Part shown: positions 50,201 through 60,370 of the stretch, piece after piece | Position numbering within the stretch: position 1 is the first letter of the stretch | How the letters are laid out: each line of letters opens with the position of its first letter | From: Schmidtea nova | Lineage: Eukaryota | Direction of reading: 5' to 3' | NCBI GenBank assembly: GCA_044892505.1 | Contig: CM097882.1 | Location: 320,230,001-320,294,000, forward strand | Length of the DNA stretch: 64,000 nt | Translations under genes and position numbers: made by a program | The notes under the pieces: model-generated | Told to the model about the DNA's origin: nothing | Seen by the model: the letters and a program-made list of their open reading frames with translations, nothing else | Database searches by the model: none

Positions 50201-52848
50201 AAAACTATTTTCAATTCAACACAAGTTTTCGCATATACTTTTTCCAAATTATAAACACTTGAAAAAGGCAGTGCCAAAGATTTAAGTTGAATTAAAAAAA
50301 TAGTTTTTGATCTATTGCTTAAAAAATGGAAATAAATTAAATCGAAAAAAAGATCAAAGCTCGCGTAAATTTAAAGATTTTATGATATTTATATTATGAT
50401 ATTTATATTTATGATATTTATATTTTTCTTCCTTGCTCTGATAGCATTTTTAGCGATTTTAACATAAATTTTCCGAATAATTTCGTTAAAAAATTTATAA
50501 GTATTTTAAATTTTATGCAGGAAATAAATCTCTTTTTTAATTCAAATCAAAAGATAACTTTTTTTCTAATTTAATTTTCTGAAAAAAAATTAAAAATTAA
50601 ATACAAATGTGTAATTTCAGTTTGTCTTCAGTCTGAAATTCTATCCAAGACATTAAGCAAATTCTTATTTTCCTTACTTTTGAAAACACTAGAGATTAAT
50701 ATTTTTTTATAAAGTTGAACTTCATCAAAAAAATATTGGTCTTTAGTCTTTTTCAAAATAATGAAAATTTCTCAAATAAAAACGAAAAGATCAATGTTGA
50801 AAATAAGAGATGCTAATAAATCATTATTTCTTTTACTGAACAGTTTTAAATAAATTGTGAAAGGTACATAAATTTAATTTGCAAAAAAGTGATCCCGGCA
50901 ATCAAACAAAAATGACACGCATCTGAGCCGACCAAACAAATTTTAATACAAAACGATAATGTCCCTCCCCATAAAATCTTCTTCAGAGGGATATTTATAG
51001 TCCTGGTAGATCTTCAGAGGGCTTTTATATCAAAATGTGCTTTCAGCCACCAAGTAGTTAGAATTTTATTGTACTAGATTTAGGACTTTTTTCTTTAAAC
51101 AATCATTACAAAATACTGAAACTCCGAGAAACATTGATACATTTATATTCCATGTGAATAACGTGTTGCAAGGATATGATTCATTTAAAATGATGTTTTT
51201 CTTATCATTACAACAGACATATATTGGGTGTCTTGAAGGTGAAGGTGCTAATGGTTATCATTTAAAACATGAAAAATGATGTTTAAAAAAAATGATGGGT
51301 TGCCTGTTTCGTAGGATGTGCATAGAATATGCATAGAAATTTAGCCATTAAAGTGAAAGATTTCAACGAATTTCGTATTTAATTACAATTTAATTTTGAT
51401 GTTTATTTTTTATTTATTTATTTTATTACTTATAACTAATATATTATTTGAGGCATGTTAATAACAGATTTAGTACAGGAGTTCTCAACTTTTTTTTAGT
51501 ATTGTACCTGTGAGTTTTAAACAAGTTGATGAAATACCGGTAGACCAAATATTTTGAAATGGGGAATAAAATACAATGAAAAAATTTGTAATAAATANNN
51601 NNNNNNNNNNNNNNNNNNNNNNNNNNNNNNNNNNNNNNNNNNNNNNNNNNNNNNNNNNNNNNNNNNNNNNNNNNNNNNNNNNNNNNNNNNNNNNNNNNNN
51701 NNNNNNNNNNNNNNNNNNNNNNNNNNNNNNNNNNNNNNNNNNNNNNNNNNNNNNNNNNNNNNNTCTTTTGAGAAAAGGTAAATCCAATAAAGTATTACAA
51801 CACAAACAATAGATAAGAAATTGCAAACTAAAATATTAAAATGTATGGGTTATTTAGTCAGCTATTTTTTTCGTAATACAGATTTTTAATAATTTTTTGT
51901 TTTAAATTGTAAAGTCATTCGTGTACCGGTAGCTGCTTGTCCACGTATTCAAAGTTGGGAATGCTTTATTTAGTATTCTCCTTAAAATGAGTCATTTACA
52001 GTAGTATTGTTAAAATCTTGTTTCACTTTTGATCTTTTTTTCAATCGAATTTTTTATTTAAAAAAGCAACCCCGAAAATATTTGTTGAAAGGGAGAGAAA
52101 TTGTGATCTATTGTCAGAAGAAATGAAAATAAATTCATGATGATGGTTTTTAAATATTATTCTAACCAATAAAATTATCTACTTTTTATGAATTTTCCCA
52201 TCATAAGTAAAACAAAGTAATTTTAATTTTTATTATTAAGCTTAACTGAAATATTGCATAATGTATCAAATTTTATTCTAGTTTGTATTTTATTTGACTT
52301 GTTTTTCGAAATTTTAATTTCAAAATATTTTTTAATGTAGGATTTCCATTAAAATTAAGAGTACTTAGGAATAATGATCATAATATGAAACAACCTGTGT
52401 TGGTAAATGGTCCAGATCTAACAAAGGTTATGAAAGAAAAAACTTGAATTCAATTTATTTTTATTTTAATTTTTAGCTTATTAAAAAGGGAAAGTACCCC
52501 CCTTATGAAACACATTGTACAAGTGAGAGGCTCCTAAAATTGGAGTGTCAAATGGTAGTTTTTTTTATATCAAAAACATTTGTTTATATATCATCCAGTT
52601 TCTAGATTCATGCACTAGTATTTTAAGACTTCCATCAGCAGCTAGGAGATTATTCACAGAAAATGGAAACGAAATTTATGATTTAGATGGTCTTCAAAAC
52701 TATGATTTAGTCTTTATTAGTGCTGGCGAGGTATGGTGTAGTCCTTTTAAGGCCTTGACTCAAATAAAGCAAAGATCTTATGCAAACAAACTGGCTGTTG
52801 ATATCGAACGGTTGAAATATTTTAATACTTTACATAGACCAGATAAAG
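16653..52848 (+). CDS. DCDC1: Doublecortin domain-containing protein 1 (multi-DCX plus QxW ricin-type repeats), multi-exon host gene; 5' and 3' limits unresolved
   Basis: Candidate GT-AG exons, with matching phases wherever neighbours could be joined: 16653-16698, 16791-16909, 16978-17140, (20545-?), 25963-26059, 26101-26194, 29924-30096, 41674-41766, 43893-gap-44230, 44288-44389, 47694-47868, 49416-49733, 49777-50113, 52341-52426, 52599-52848. Motifs include ILSNCTQVMKLTSAARKLY...YVSLGEPFIDP, AFPQFFLTY...QRWAFKQE...NPEWHK...WPIEGLLIP and FLDSCTSILRLPSAARRLF. Confidence 0.9.
16791..17140 (+). CDS. DCDC1: DCDC1 exons encoding a DCX domain (68-nt intron 16910-16977)
   Basis: VVLVKPNGKLYPLTRITGFSIDE|ILSNCTQVMKLTSAARKLYSNHGELIESFDELKTNDEIYVSLGEPFIDPM, phase-0 junction. 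Confidence 0.9.
17356..18563 (+). mobile_element. Tc1-like transposon, decayed, with both TIRs and TA target-site duplication
   Basis: TA|CAGTGCGTAAAACTGA ... TCAGTTTTACGCACTG|TA. Internal fragments include LNERDLRRL, WAK...FW...FSNE, FQDE.APCP and EWPGQSLDCNPIE. Confidence 0.9.
21595..23639 (+). mobile_element. hAT (Charlie/Buster-like) non-autonomous element
   Basis: TIRs CAGCG(C/A)TTCTCAACCT. The 8-bp TSD GTCTAAGG is on both sides. C-terminal remnant ATKYRSQLNIEKELRVSIS...KQAQGSH* at about 23170-23285. Confidence 0.85.
21626..22868 (-). mobile_element. Second hAT element nested in the first; carries a transposase C-terminal dimerisation-domain fragment
   Basis: TIRs CAGTGGCGGACTG / CAGTCCGCCACTG with 8-bp TSD ATTGCGAC. 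ORF 21985-22500 reads YTNLYIVYKMVMTLSCTQVSCERSFSKLKIIKSRLRST. Confidence 0.9.
23780..23816 (-). ncRNA. Minimal type-I hammerhead ribozyme motif (mirror copy)
   Basis: Reverse complement of 25431-25467. Confidence 0.7.
25431..25467 (+). ncRNA. Minimal type-I hammerhead ribozyme motif in a Penelope pLTR
   Basis: GC-CTGATGA-T-GACAGC-TAA-GCTGTC-GAAA-TATA-TT-GC: catalytic core, 6-bp stem II, palindromic TATA in place of stem III, and a UH cleavage site. Confidence 0.75.
25963..26194 (+). CDS. DCDC1: DCDC1 exons encoding a DCX domain (41-nt intron 26060-26100)
   Basis: TGRTWRILTFSNGDYLINEAVEVISNLKDVEE|VKSICGKRLNLNGQYKKLYNSDGVEITDL. Confidence 0.8.
27770..27900 (-). pseudogene. hAT (Buster/SCAND3-like) transposase C-terminal remnant
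   Basis: Minus strand reads LIVFPSLCLVERRFHVVTNLL / RNRLNITDRGDL across a frameshift. Confidence 0.55.
29222..29807. mobile_element. piggyBac-type MITE
   Basis: TTAA|CCTTCATAAGGCC ... GGCCTTAGGAAGG|TTAA. Internal GGGTAAATTTGTACC repeats; no coding sequence. Confidence 0.75.
31891..33365 (+). mobile_element. Gypsy remnant: integrase region flanked by two near-identical LTR segments
   Basis: H..LCH...CEQC zinc finger, FVDICGP, FGAPKLIYFDKGKAFES and GPCEV. PPT AAAAGGAAGGGGG is followed by TGTGAG at 33147. The same LTR sequence occurs at 31891-32035. Confidence 0.85.
33740..33925 (+). pseudogene. Gypsy reverse transcriptase fragment
   Basis: IDLGNSYYQVKLDKETQEK...FNRMPF...AEGTFQELMTKLLNELWKEGIMVY, frameshifted. 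Confidence 0.75.
33940..34738 (+). pseudogene. polB: Family B DNA polymerase (Polinton type), C-terminal fragment, copy C
   Basis: Motif B YKLLNNSFYGKTVENLKKR; LDRPSYIGQTVLDLSKLRMY; motif C ASDTDS; GKFKDE; LDDKR; LAYGHY. Confidence 0.9.
34855..35130. repeat. Two-copy ~140-bp degenerate direct repeat downstream of PolB
   Basis: TCTCAGTAGATTG(A/G)TATAAAAATTATT...TCTGAGCATTTTTG is seen twice. Confidence 0.6.
35470..37075 (+). pseudogene. Heavily degraded Gypsy RT-RNase H-integrase
   Basis: LIFTRTIEEH..IL..VL...LRINPEKCQILKKEVRFL; RNase H-like SNHEKGYCIKSKELL; CIACQKTK...MDICGP. Confidence 0.75.
39255..40712 (-). mobile_element. MULE/Mutator-like transposon, 5' part with disrupted transposase
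   Basis: YYRRNKVKLRGQQCAAGLYL...HTH (N-terminal domain) and INIHADATYKLVWQGFPVLIVGTTD...IADSANAI...WAHVHRN. Candidate terminus GGGTGCGATTT at 40712 with a repeated ACTG(G/A)TCA subterminal array. Confidence 0.85.
45647..45690 (-). ncRNA. Minimal hammerhead ribozyme motif, second Penelope pLTR family
   Basis: GCAC-CTGATGA-T-GAGAA-TTAAG-TTCTC-GAAA-TATA-TT-GTGC. Stems I and II differ in sequence from 25431 but keep their pairing. Degenerate sister copies lie at about 45390 and 46354. Confidence 0.75.
46611..47200 (+). mobile_element. Penelope-like element 3' end with a degenerate hammerhead and (ATT)n tail
   Basis: SDFKIISKGLSNYWERVTCEALLIRYLNPKIN...DILNVFK*; TTGAAGA...ATTG-TTATA-CAAT-CGAAA at about 47070-47095. 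Confidence 0.75.
47694..47868 (+). CDS. DCDC1: DCDC1 exon, DCX domain
   Basis: FLDCLSESVHLSKLNDFSKGLLARRVFTEYGIEIKNVADLSYDQVICVSYGENWIDPI between AG and GT. Confidence 0.85.
49416..50113 (+). CDS. DCDC1: DCDC1 exons with ricin-type QxW repeats (43-nt intron 49734-49776)
   Basis: TQMWKFNTSGQLYNQ|AFPQFFLTY...YQRWAFKQES...QWKLSDLPNPEWHKSALTWP...WPIEGLLIPCAPP. Confidence 0.9.
52341..52848 (+). CDS. DCDC1: DCDC1 exons, DCX domain
   Basis: PLKLRVLRNN...VNGPDL, then FLDSCTSILRLPSAARRLFTENGNEIYDLDGLQNYDLVFISAGEVWCSP. Confidence 0.9.
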
Positions 52849-52994
52849 GTGAATATCATTTCATTGTGTTAATGATATATTTTTCCTCAAGATGTTTTTA
52901 TTTATATTTGCAATATTCATAATTTATACTTTAAAAGCACCACCGTTTAATCAGTGAGGTATTTTGAATTTGCTATCTCATGTTGCGACCAGGT

Positions 52995-53130
52995 TCTCTC
53001 TCTCTCTCTCTCTCCCTCTCTCTCTCTCTCTGTTACAATTCTATTACAATTCTATTACAATTCTATTACAATTCTATTACAATTCTATTACAATTCTTTT
53101 ACAATTCTTTTACAATCTGTTACAATTCTT
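52995..53130. repeat. (CT)n microsatellite followed by an 11-bp tandem repeat (TTACAATTCTA)n
   Basis: Read directly from the sequence. Confidence 0.9.
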
Positions 53131-53230
53131 TATTACTAATAAAAATGCGAAGTTGCTACGTCCATGAATAATTAAGCATTCTTACATATAGTTATTGCTG
53201 ACTCTTAGGAAATATTCGAATTATAAATAA

Positions 53231-53870
53231 CTAGGCGTAAACCAGTGCTTCGCTTGTGTTATAATTTTCTAATTTATTAAAGTTTTAATAAATTACTAAG
53301 TTTCATTTTTCACATTATTTATAGTTAGCATAATATTAATAGTTACAATATTAAATATAAAAAGAGTTTGCCGTTTTTGAGGTTTAATATTGTATAGCAA
53401 TGCTATTGAAGCTCCCTGTTTGAAACAAAGTCTTGAGTAATTTAAGTTAAGGGTATACAAAAACTCAACTGGGTAGGGAATTGTATTCTCTTCCATAGAT
53501 TTCAATGATTCATATGTTGTCATTATTGAGATGCTAACTTCATTAGTAATGAATTGTTCATAATTACTGTAATGTCATTTGTAGTGGTTAGAATCTCCTT
53601 ATCATTCAACAATGACGATTCTTTAATGCTCAAGTTCTTTTTTCCGGGTCAATTCTCTCAGTTAAAATATTGAAATGTCTAACTTTCTAACATAGCTTGT
53701 TCGTTAAAATTATTTTTCCGTCCTCTTCAACTTACCAATCTCCATTCTTAAAACTTTAATATCTGCTTTAATAAATTCCTTCATTTCTTCATTACATTTA
53801 TACAAGTCGATTTCTTTTCTGTTTATAGTAAAATTGCATTGAAAGTTTACATATTTTTTGGGTATAAAAT
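53231..53870 (-). mobile_element. Helitron 3' remnant (PIF1-type helicase fragment)
   Basis: YESLKSM...YPVEFLYTLN...LCFKQGASIALLYNIKP. The 3' end GCGAAGCACTGGTTTACGC is followed by CTAG|T at 53231. Confidence 0.75.
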
Positions 53871-54181
53871 CCAATTAGATTCATTATAGATTTTTTTTTA
53901 AATTGCATCACTGATATATAATTTAAATATAAACGTTAAAATAAATGTTGTATTTTATATCGAGATATCGAAAAATCTCTTTTTAATGTGCAGCTTTGGC
54001 ATCAAAGGTACGTCCCTGTAGATTCTCAACTATCTAGCTACAGTGGTTTAGGCTTTACGAACAGCGAAAGATGGCAAACAAACCCACCCAAAAACATGTT
54101 TAGAGATTTTTATATTAGAAGATATCGCCTGTGTGCTGATTGCTACTTCAGTTATGTAATGTCAGAATATTATAACCTTAA

Positions 54182-54875
54182 CCCTTTCAGGACGGGTGTA
54201 CTATATATAGTAACTCAAATATCTTGAGAACGGATTAACATTTTTTTTATTTAGGAATCGTTTGAAAGATAATTAAAAGATGCACATTCTGATATATAGC
54301 ATGACCTTCTTGGAAAAAATTAAAAAATTTTGATATTTTTTCCTATTTTTAAATCACATCCTGTTCAAAAAATCAATAAATTGAGAAGTTTTTAAATGAG
54401 TTTCTCTGATGATTTACGCAAGACTATAAAATGGTATAAGAAGTTGGCACTTCATTTGATTGATATTGCTATTTTTAATGCATACACAATATACAAAATG
54501 AGAAATCCAGTAAATTTATCATTTATTAAATATAAACTTGATATTATTGAACAAATTTTCACCAAATACGGTTCAATGCGCAAAACAAGTGTTAGTAGAC
54601 CAAGAATATCTAATCCTCTTCGTTTATCTTCAAGACACTTTTCTTCTTACATTGAAAAGAACAATAAAAACACTACCGGCCAAAGAAAATGCATAGTTTG
54701 AACAACAGGATCAAAGAAACTTACAAATAAGTGATCAAGATTTGAATGTAATGATTGTGATGTTGGGTTGTGTGTCGTTGATTGTTTTGAAATTTATCAT
54801 ACAAAAATAAACTTTTGAATAAAAAACACTTATTTTTTTAAAAACTTTCTTTTAAAAAATCCAGTCCTTAAAAGG
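54182..54875 (+). mobile_element. piggyBac (PGBD4-like) internally deleted element
   Basis: TTAA|CCCTTTCAGGACGGG ... CCAGTCCTTAAAAGG|TTAA. Protein reads RKTIKWYKKLALHLIDIAIFNAY...RLSSRHF...KCIV...FECNDCDVGLCVVDCFEIYH. Confidence 0.9.
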
Positions 54876-55689
54876 TTAAATATTGAAAGTAAAAACATTA
54901 TTCAACATATATTTTTTGGTTTTATTTCAATATTTAATAATAAATAAAATAAAGTCTTTTGCTATCTGGTTGTTGTTGATTATGACATTATAACGAATAC
55001 AAAATATTATTTTTATCCTATAATTAAATGCTTTATTTGATTCGGCAACTTTCGGTTAGACGTGTAGCAATAACGGGTTCTAACTGAAAAATAAAGTAAA
55101 AAGTCGATATTTTCTTATAATACGGTTATTTCCTAAGAGTTATTAATAACTAGTTGTTTTTAGTAGGGACGCTAAATTAGCAATATTCGAAGGTACTACG
55201 ATTTCAATTAGTAATTACGCGTTGTAAAGGATTTCTAATATTTACTATAACGCACACACGCACACACGCATATATATATATATAGCCTCGGGTAGAAGGG
55301 GACTAAGAGGATCATATGACACGAACTCTCGCTTCTAAAAGGCCCCAATTTCAAATTAATCAGGATAAAAATTTTAATTTTTAAGCGAAGGAAAATATTT
55401 CATAAATATGCCGTAAATAGTTCATTAAGCTTCTATTAAAAATGTAAAAATTGTGAATTAATAAAAAATAATCCGAAAAAATTTAATACATGCTTATTTA
55501 TACCATTTTTTATAAATCTTAATACTTTGTGTGTATAAAATATCAAATATCAAGACCAAATTAAAGAAAATTAAACCTTTTTTAAAAAATATAATGTGTG
55601 GGCCCCGAGAAATATTTTTTCCGGGCCCCTTTGAAGCTCTGTGCGGGCCTATATATATATGTGTGTGTGAGTGTATTAAACATATGAGA

Positions 55690-56333
55690 ATGATTTAATA
55701 ATAGATAAACGCCAACTAATTATATAGTACATAAAGGCGATTATTTTTCGACCGAATAACAGTCATTTTCAGACAAGCATCAGGAATCAATAATAAATAG
55801 AAAATACTAAATATTCAAACAAATTAATCAATAATAATCATCCTCAAATTGTATCAAAATTCAATTTCTTAAATAAAATTTTTAAATAAAATTTTTATTT
55901 TTTTTAAATAATATAAAAACAAATCTTTTAAAAAAACCAAAAAAACACAAATATTTAAATTATTTTTATCAAAATTGAAAACAAAAATTTATTTTAGAAA
56001 CACAATTTAAAAATAAAAAATATTCTCAAACCCAGTTACTTAAACACATTCAAAATATCCGTGGAACGGGCAACTTGTACATTAATCTTTGGTTTTAAAT
56101 ATCTAATCAACAATGCCTCACAAGCTACACGTTCCCAATAATTACTCAAACCTTTTGCAATTATTTTAAAATCAGAGAAAGTGTCAGTAAAAAATTGATT
56201 AATTTATTGATTAATTTCTTTCAATATTTAGTATTTTATATTTATTATTGATTCCAGATGCTTATCTGAAGATGACTGTTATTCAGTCGAAATTCATCGC
56301 ATTTATGTACAATATAATTAGTTGGCGTTTATC

Positions 56334-56345
<12 letters not shown>
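55690..56345. mobile_element. Penelope-like 3' fragment (-) with an inverted pLTR (+); both arms carry hammerhead motifs
   Basis: Minus strand 56030-56180 reads FSDFKIIAKGLSNYWERVACEALLIRYLKPKINVQ...NVFK*. Inverted repeats 55690-55850 and 56190-56345. Confidence 0.8.
56262..56300 (+). ncRNA. Hammerhead ribozyme motif, third pLTR family (stem I degenerate)
   Basis: CTGAAGA-T-GACTG-TTATT-CAGTC-GAAA-TTCA-TC-GC. Confidence 0.6.
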
Positions 56346-56387
<42 letters not shown>

Positions 56388-56763
56388 CCTCTTCCCTTAC
56401 ATTTTACTGAAAACAAAGCTTCTTAATGTACTTTCAAAGCCCCGTCTATAGTTTTATAATCTATAGTTTTCATAAATCAAATTTTATATGTTTTCATAAG
56501 TAGGTAGAAGTTTGGAGCCTTGGACAAAGATATATGACTCATCGGTCATTTATAACAAAGAACACGAGTCACCCCTACTCCCGGGTAGAAAGCTTTTCTT
56601 TATTATTCATCGATGACTCATTTCAGTTTCAAATTTCCAGTTTGAATTTCCAAAAGTCAAATAAGGTCAATACAAAGAGGTTTATACAAATGTCAAACCC
56701 TCGAAGGTTTATGAAGGGTCCGAGACTTTCAAAGGGTTCAAAACCTTCACATTATTTCAAACC

Positions 56764-56852
<89 letters not shown>

Positions 56853-57104
56853 CGAAAGGTAATTGAAGAGTTTGTAGAATGGTCATAGCTTAGAAGGTGT
56901 ATGGTGGGTGCTCGACCCTCAATGAATCAAAAAACTTTAAATCTTTTTAATCCTTACAAGTTATATATCATTCGAAAGGTTTTTGAGAGTTAAGTATGAT
57001 GGTCATACCCTGAAGATTTATGGTCGGTAAAAAATACGGGTCACCTTGTTCATTCAACACATCTTCTCTCAGGACATATGCTGGATCACATATAAATATA
57101 TTGG

Positions 57105-58035
57105 TGTCACGTCCTCTATAATTGTCATATGCCAGCCTTTTATTTTTAATTTTTTAGTGTCTCTTATCATCTTTACAGCTTAAGGCCCTCTTATTATTTT
57201 TTATACTGAAAAAGGGGTGATTACTTGATGTTATTCTAAACTGGGGGACTGTGTAGATTTTATTATTTAAATAGCAATCCAGATACGACTGACGTGTTAA
57301 GTCTAGTATCTTTCATGCTAATCCTCTTAGCTTTCATACTTGTCTCATCTATCATTAAACTAAAACATTTGTGCCTTAAAAACACATACTCTTTATAAAT
57401 TAGTCCTTTATTCTCGTCTTTAAATTTTCCAATGACAGAATCGAGGTTCCTACTGTATAAATGATAATTAGGTGTCAAGAAGATTGTCCTTAATCATCGC
57501 CAGTAAAAAAATGTCAAGTGAGAGATTTTTAATTTCCAAAAAGAAGGAATCAGTATCACCAGCAACGATATTAATTTCGCAGTTGAAGTCATCACGTTAT
57601 TTTTGAAACTCTTCATACTAGAGCTGGTACATTCTAAGTTTGGATAGATCCAGTACAGTTGGACCAATGTAACTAGGTCTATCCAAATACATTGATTCCT
57701 TACTTAACAAAACAGAAATCAGGTCATCGTCTATTTTTGTTGTTTTACGGAAAGTCAGTTTAGAACATTATGTTATTAATTTTCGTGGTGAATTGCACAA
57801 ACACACATTTATGCGCTTTTTCAGATTTTTATCAGTCTTGCAGTAAAGACGGTTGTTGAGTAATTTGTAATAATTTTTATCTAATTTATTTGAGGACGTT
57901 GCCTTAAACGTCGTATTTGTGTTTATGTAATTTTGAAATATTTTATTTTGTATAAATTTTATTGCTCGATGTGTTTTCGTTATTTTAACACTTAATTCAA
58001 TAATTAGTTGCACCTCCAAGCGCGAAAACTTTACT
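57105..58035 (-). pseudogene. polB: Family B DNA polymerase (Polinton type), C-terminal fragment, copy B
   Basis: ITKTHRAIKF.Q...YYKLLNNRLYCKT..NLKKR; LDRPSYIG.TVLDLSKLRMY; AGDTDS; GKFKDE; DDKR. Several stops and frameshifts. Confidence 0.88.
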
Positions 58036-58059
58036 CGAGATTTCAATAACATGATTGAT

Positions 58060-58617
58060 ATCTATTATAACTCTTAAATCATCACTACATTGTTGTGTGA
58101 AATCAAGAAAAAGATATCCACGAGGAGCTTTTGTAGAATCTTGAAACGCATCAATCAAGAAATTCGAAGGGTAAGCTTGTCTTGCTAGAAAGTCAATAAC
58201 TTTTGCATCTCTAGGATTTTTAAAAACAACAAGTTTCAACATTTAACTTCCGGACTCAATGACTGCCACCCTGATGAAATAAATTCTGTAACTCCTTTGT
58301 GTCTGGCTATTTTTGTAAATAAGTTATTAAAATCCTTTACTTTATTTGCTTCTTGATACAAGTCATTAATAATAATCACACCACCTTGTCGTAATCTAGA
58401 TGACAAAATTTTATCGAAACCTTTCTATTGTTGTTATTTTTTATTTTACAAAATTGATGTTGAGTCATTCCATGTTCATCATCAGCTCCCCTATGCCAAT
58501 AAATTTTATTTAACTTTGATTTAAATAATTTTGATTGTAATAATTTACAAACAAATAAAGTTTTCCACTCCAACTCGGTCCAACAATTTGAAACACTGGA
58601 TCATTTCTTAATTCTAT
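58060..58617 (-). pseudogene. Polinton packaging ATPase, copy B
   Basis: Walker A mutated to GPSWSGKT, Walker B VIIINDL, C-terminal VFKNPRD...LARQAYP...DAFQDSTKAPRGYLFLDF. The start codon reads ATA; frameshifts present. Confidence 0.88.
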
Positions 58618-58758
58618 ATTTCTAATTTTATTAATTTATTATCATTGTTTATATTTGTTTTAACGGCTTAAGGCACAGTTCCGTGACATATACGGGCAAA
58701 AAGCCCTTAATAATAAAATAAATGTGCATTAAGGGGTCATATTTAAAAGTTTTCATTA

Positions 58759-59224
58759 ATGATTAGGAACATAAATTATAAGAGTGAGACTGATGTATCT
58801 CACATGAATTTTCCAAATGGGAAAGCTCAGCAAATTATTGATAGAAGTGGCAAATATCCGATAATATATTTTTAGACCGATAGATTTAGAATTGTGGGAT
58901 GCAAGGAATTTATTAGCGATGAAAAGTAAAGATTTATCATTTAAAATCCAATCTAATACTGTAACGGCAGTCTTGGGATTTAGTTGTAATTTAAATGATT
59001 TGTCTAAATTAATGGAATGTGTTTATGAGCCAATAATATTTCCAGCTTTTAGATATATAAAATATAACCCCATGTGTGTTAATATATTTGCAAGTGGTAA
59101 AGTAGTTATATTAGAGTTAAAAGCTAGGGACTTTTAAAATATAGTTGATAATATTATTAACGATATAAAATCAATTTTTGAAGAGAAAGAGTTTTTAGAT
59201 TTCATATTAACACGTGACTTATGA
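58759..59224 (+). pseudogene. TBP-like gene, copy B (stop plus frameshift)
   Basis: MIRNINYKSETDVSHMNFPNGK...*TDRFRIVGCK / IQSNTVTAVLGFSCNLNDLSKLMECVYEPIIFPAFRYIKYNPMCVNIFASGKVVIL. Collinear with 367-834. Confidence 0.85.
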
Positions 59225-59922
59225 TTGCATAAAACCTACAATAGAAATGCACGATTTTGATTGGTTCAGTGTGTATTTCGTTAATAAAGACATGTTATAC
59301 ATACTCAAATCTGATTGTTTCAGTATGTATGTATTATTTTATTGTGTGTTACTGCCTGTTAAGGGATCAAGTTAATATTTTTAATAATTTAATTTTTATT
59401 ATGTTGGGATTGTTATAATAGTTTATTGTTTATCGGTCATATGTTTGTTATTTCCGCCTCCTAGCCCCCAAATTCTTGTGTTCATTTAGTCGTTTATTCC
59501 CTATAGTAAATACCTTGGCAGTTTACTATAGTGAATTCAAAAAATTTAAAATAAAAAAAAATCGATTAAAAATTATTAGAAATAAAATTACAAACACAAA
59601 TCCAAGGGCAAAGCTCGATCCAACAATTATCCGGTTATTATAATCAGTATTATTACTCGATAGTTATTCGATGATTATCTACAAATTATTATTTGACATT
59701 AATTATTCAGCAACCTGAGAGTATTCGATTTTTAATGTTTTTGCGGTTCAGTAAATAAAATTTTATAAAATTATTGTTTATTATTTTGCTATTAATAGTG
59801 GTTAACAATTAAAGCAATAACAAACACTGGCACACAGACACTTCATTACATACTCAACAAAACATTCACCCCAGCTGTCCCAAGACAGATTTTTACTGTA
59901 GACTCTACTGGGCTCAAAAGAT

Positions 59923-60162
59923 CTAACTAAAGAAGATGTTGCTGCACTAAATAAAATTTTATCGAAAATCAATAAAGGTTTAAGTTGCAAAGAAACTGTT
60001 TGGATCAACAACTGACAAACTTGTTTCAAAAATGCTTTCTAATCTATCGAATACACGGATCAAGAACATTGCGTCGTTACTATAATCTTTCAGGGATATA
60101 AAATCGATACTAAAGATGTTATAACTCCAATTTGGAGAATTAACAATGCACGGTATGCATAA
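59923..60162 (+). pseudogene. C-terminal half of the ORF 2019-2558 homologue, copy B
   Basis: TKEDVAALNKILSKINKGLSCKETVWINN*...DQEH...FQGYKIDTKDVITPIWRINNA, two stops. Confidence 0.8.
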
Positions 60163-60302
60163 ATGTTTTTCAATAAATGCTAATTGATAAATGTTATTTA
60201 ATAAATTTTATTATTAATAATTTTAGTTTTTCTTGGTATATTTGTTTTATAAGTTTTTATTATTAAACAGATTTTTTAGTATTTGTTTTAATTTACAACA
60301 AA

Positions 60303-60311
60303 ATGAAACTT

Positions 60312-60370
<59 letters not shown>

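Noticed and set aside
50950-51030. Two CTGAAGA words on the minus strand as hammerhead cores
   Set aside because: No stem II followed by GAAA.
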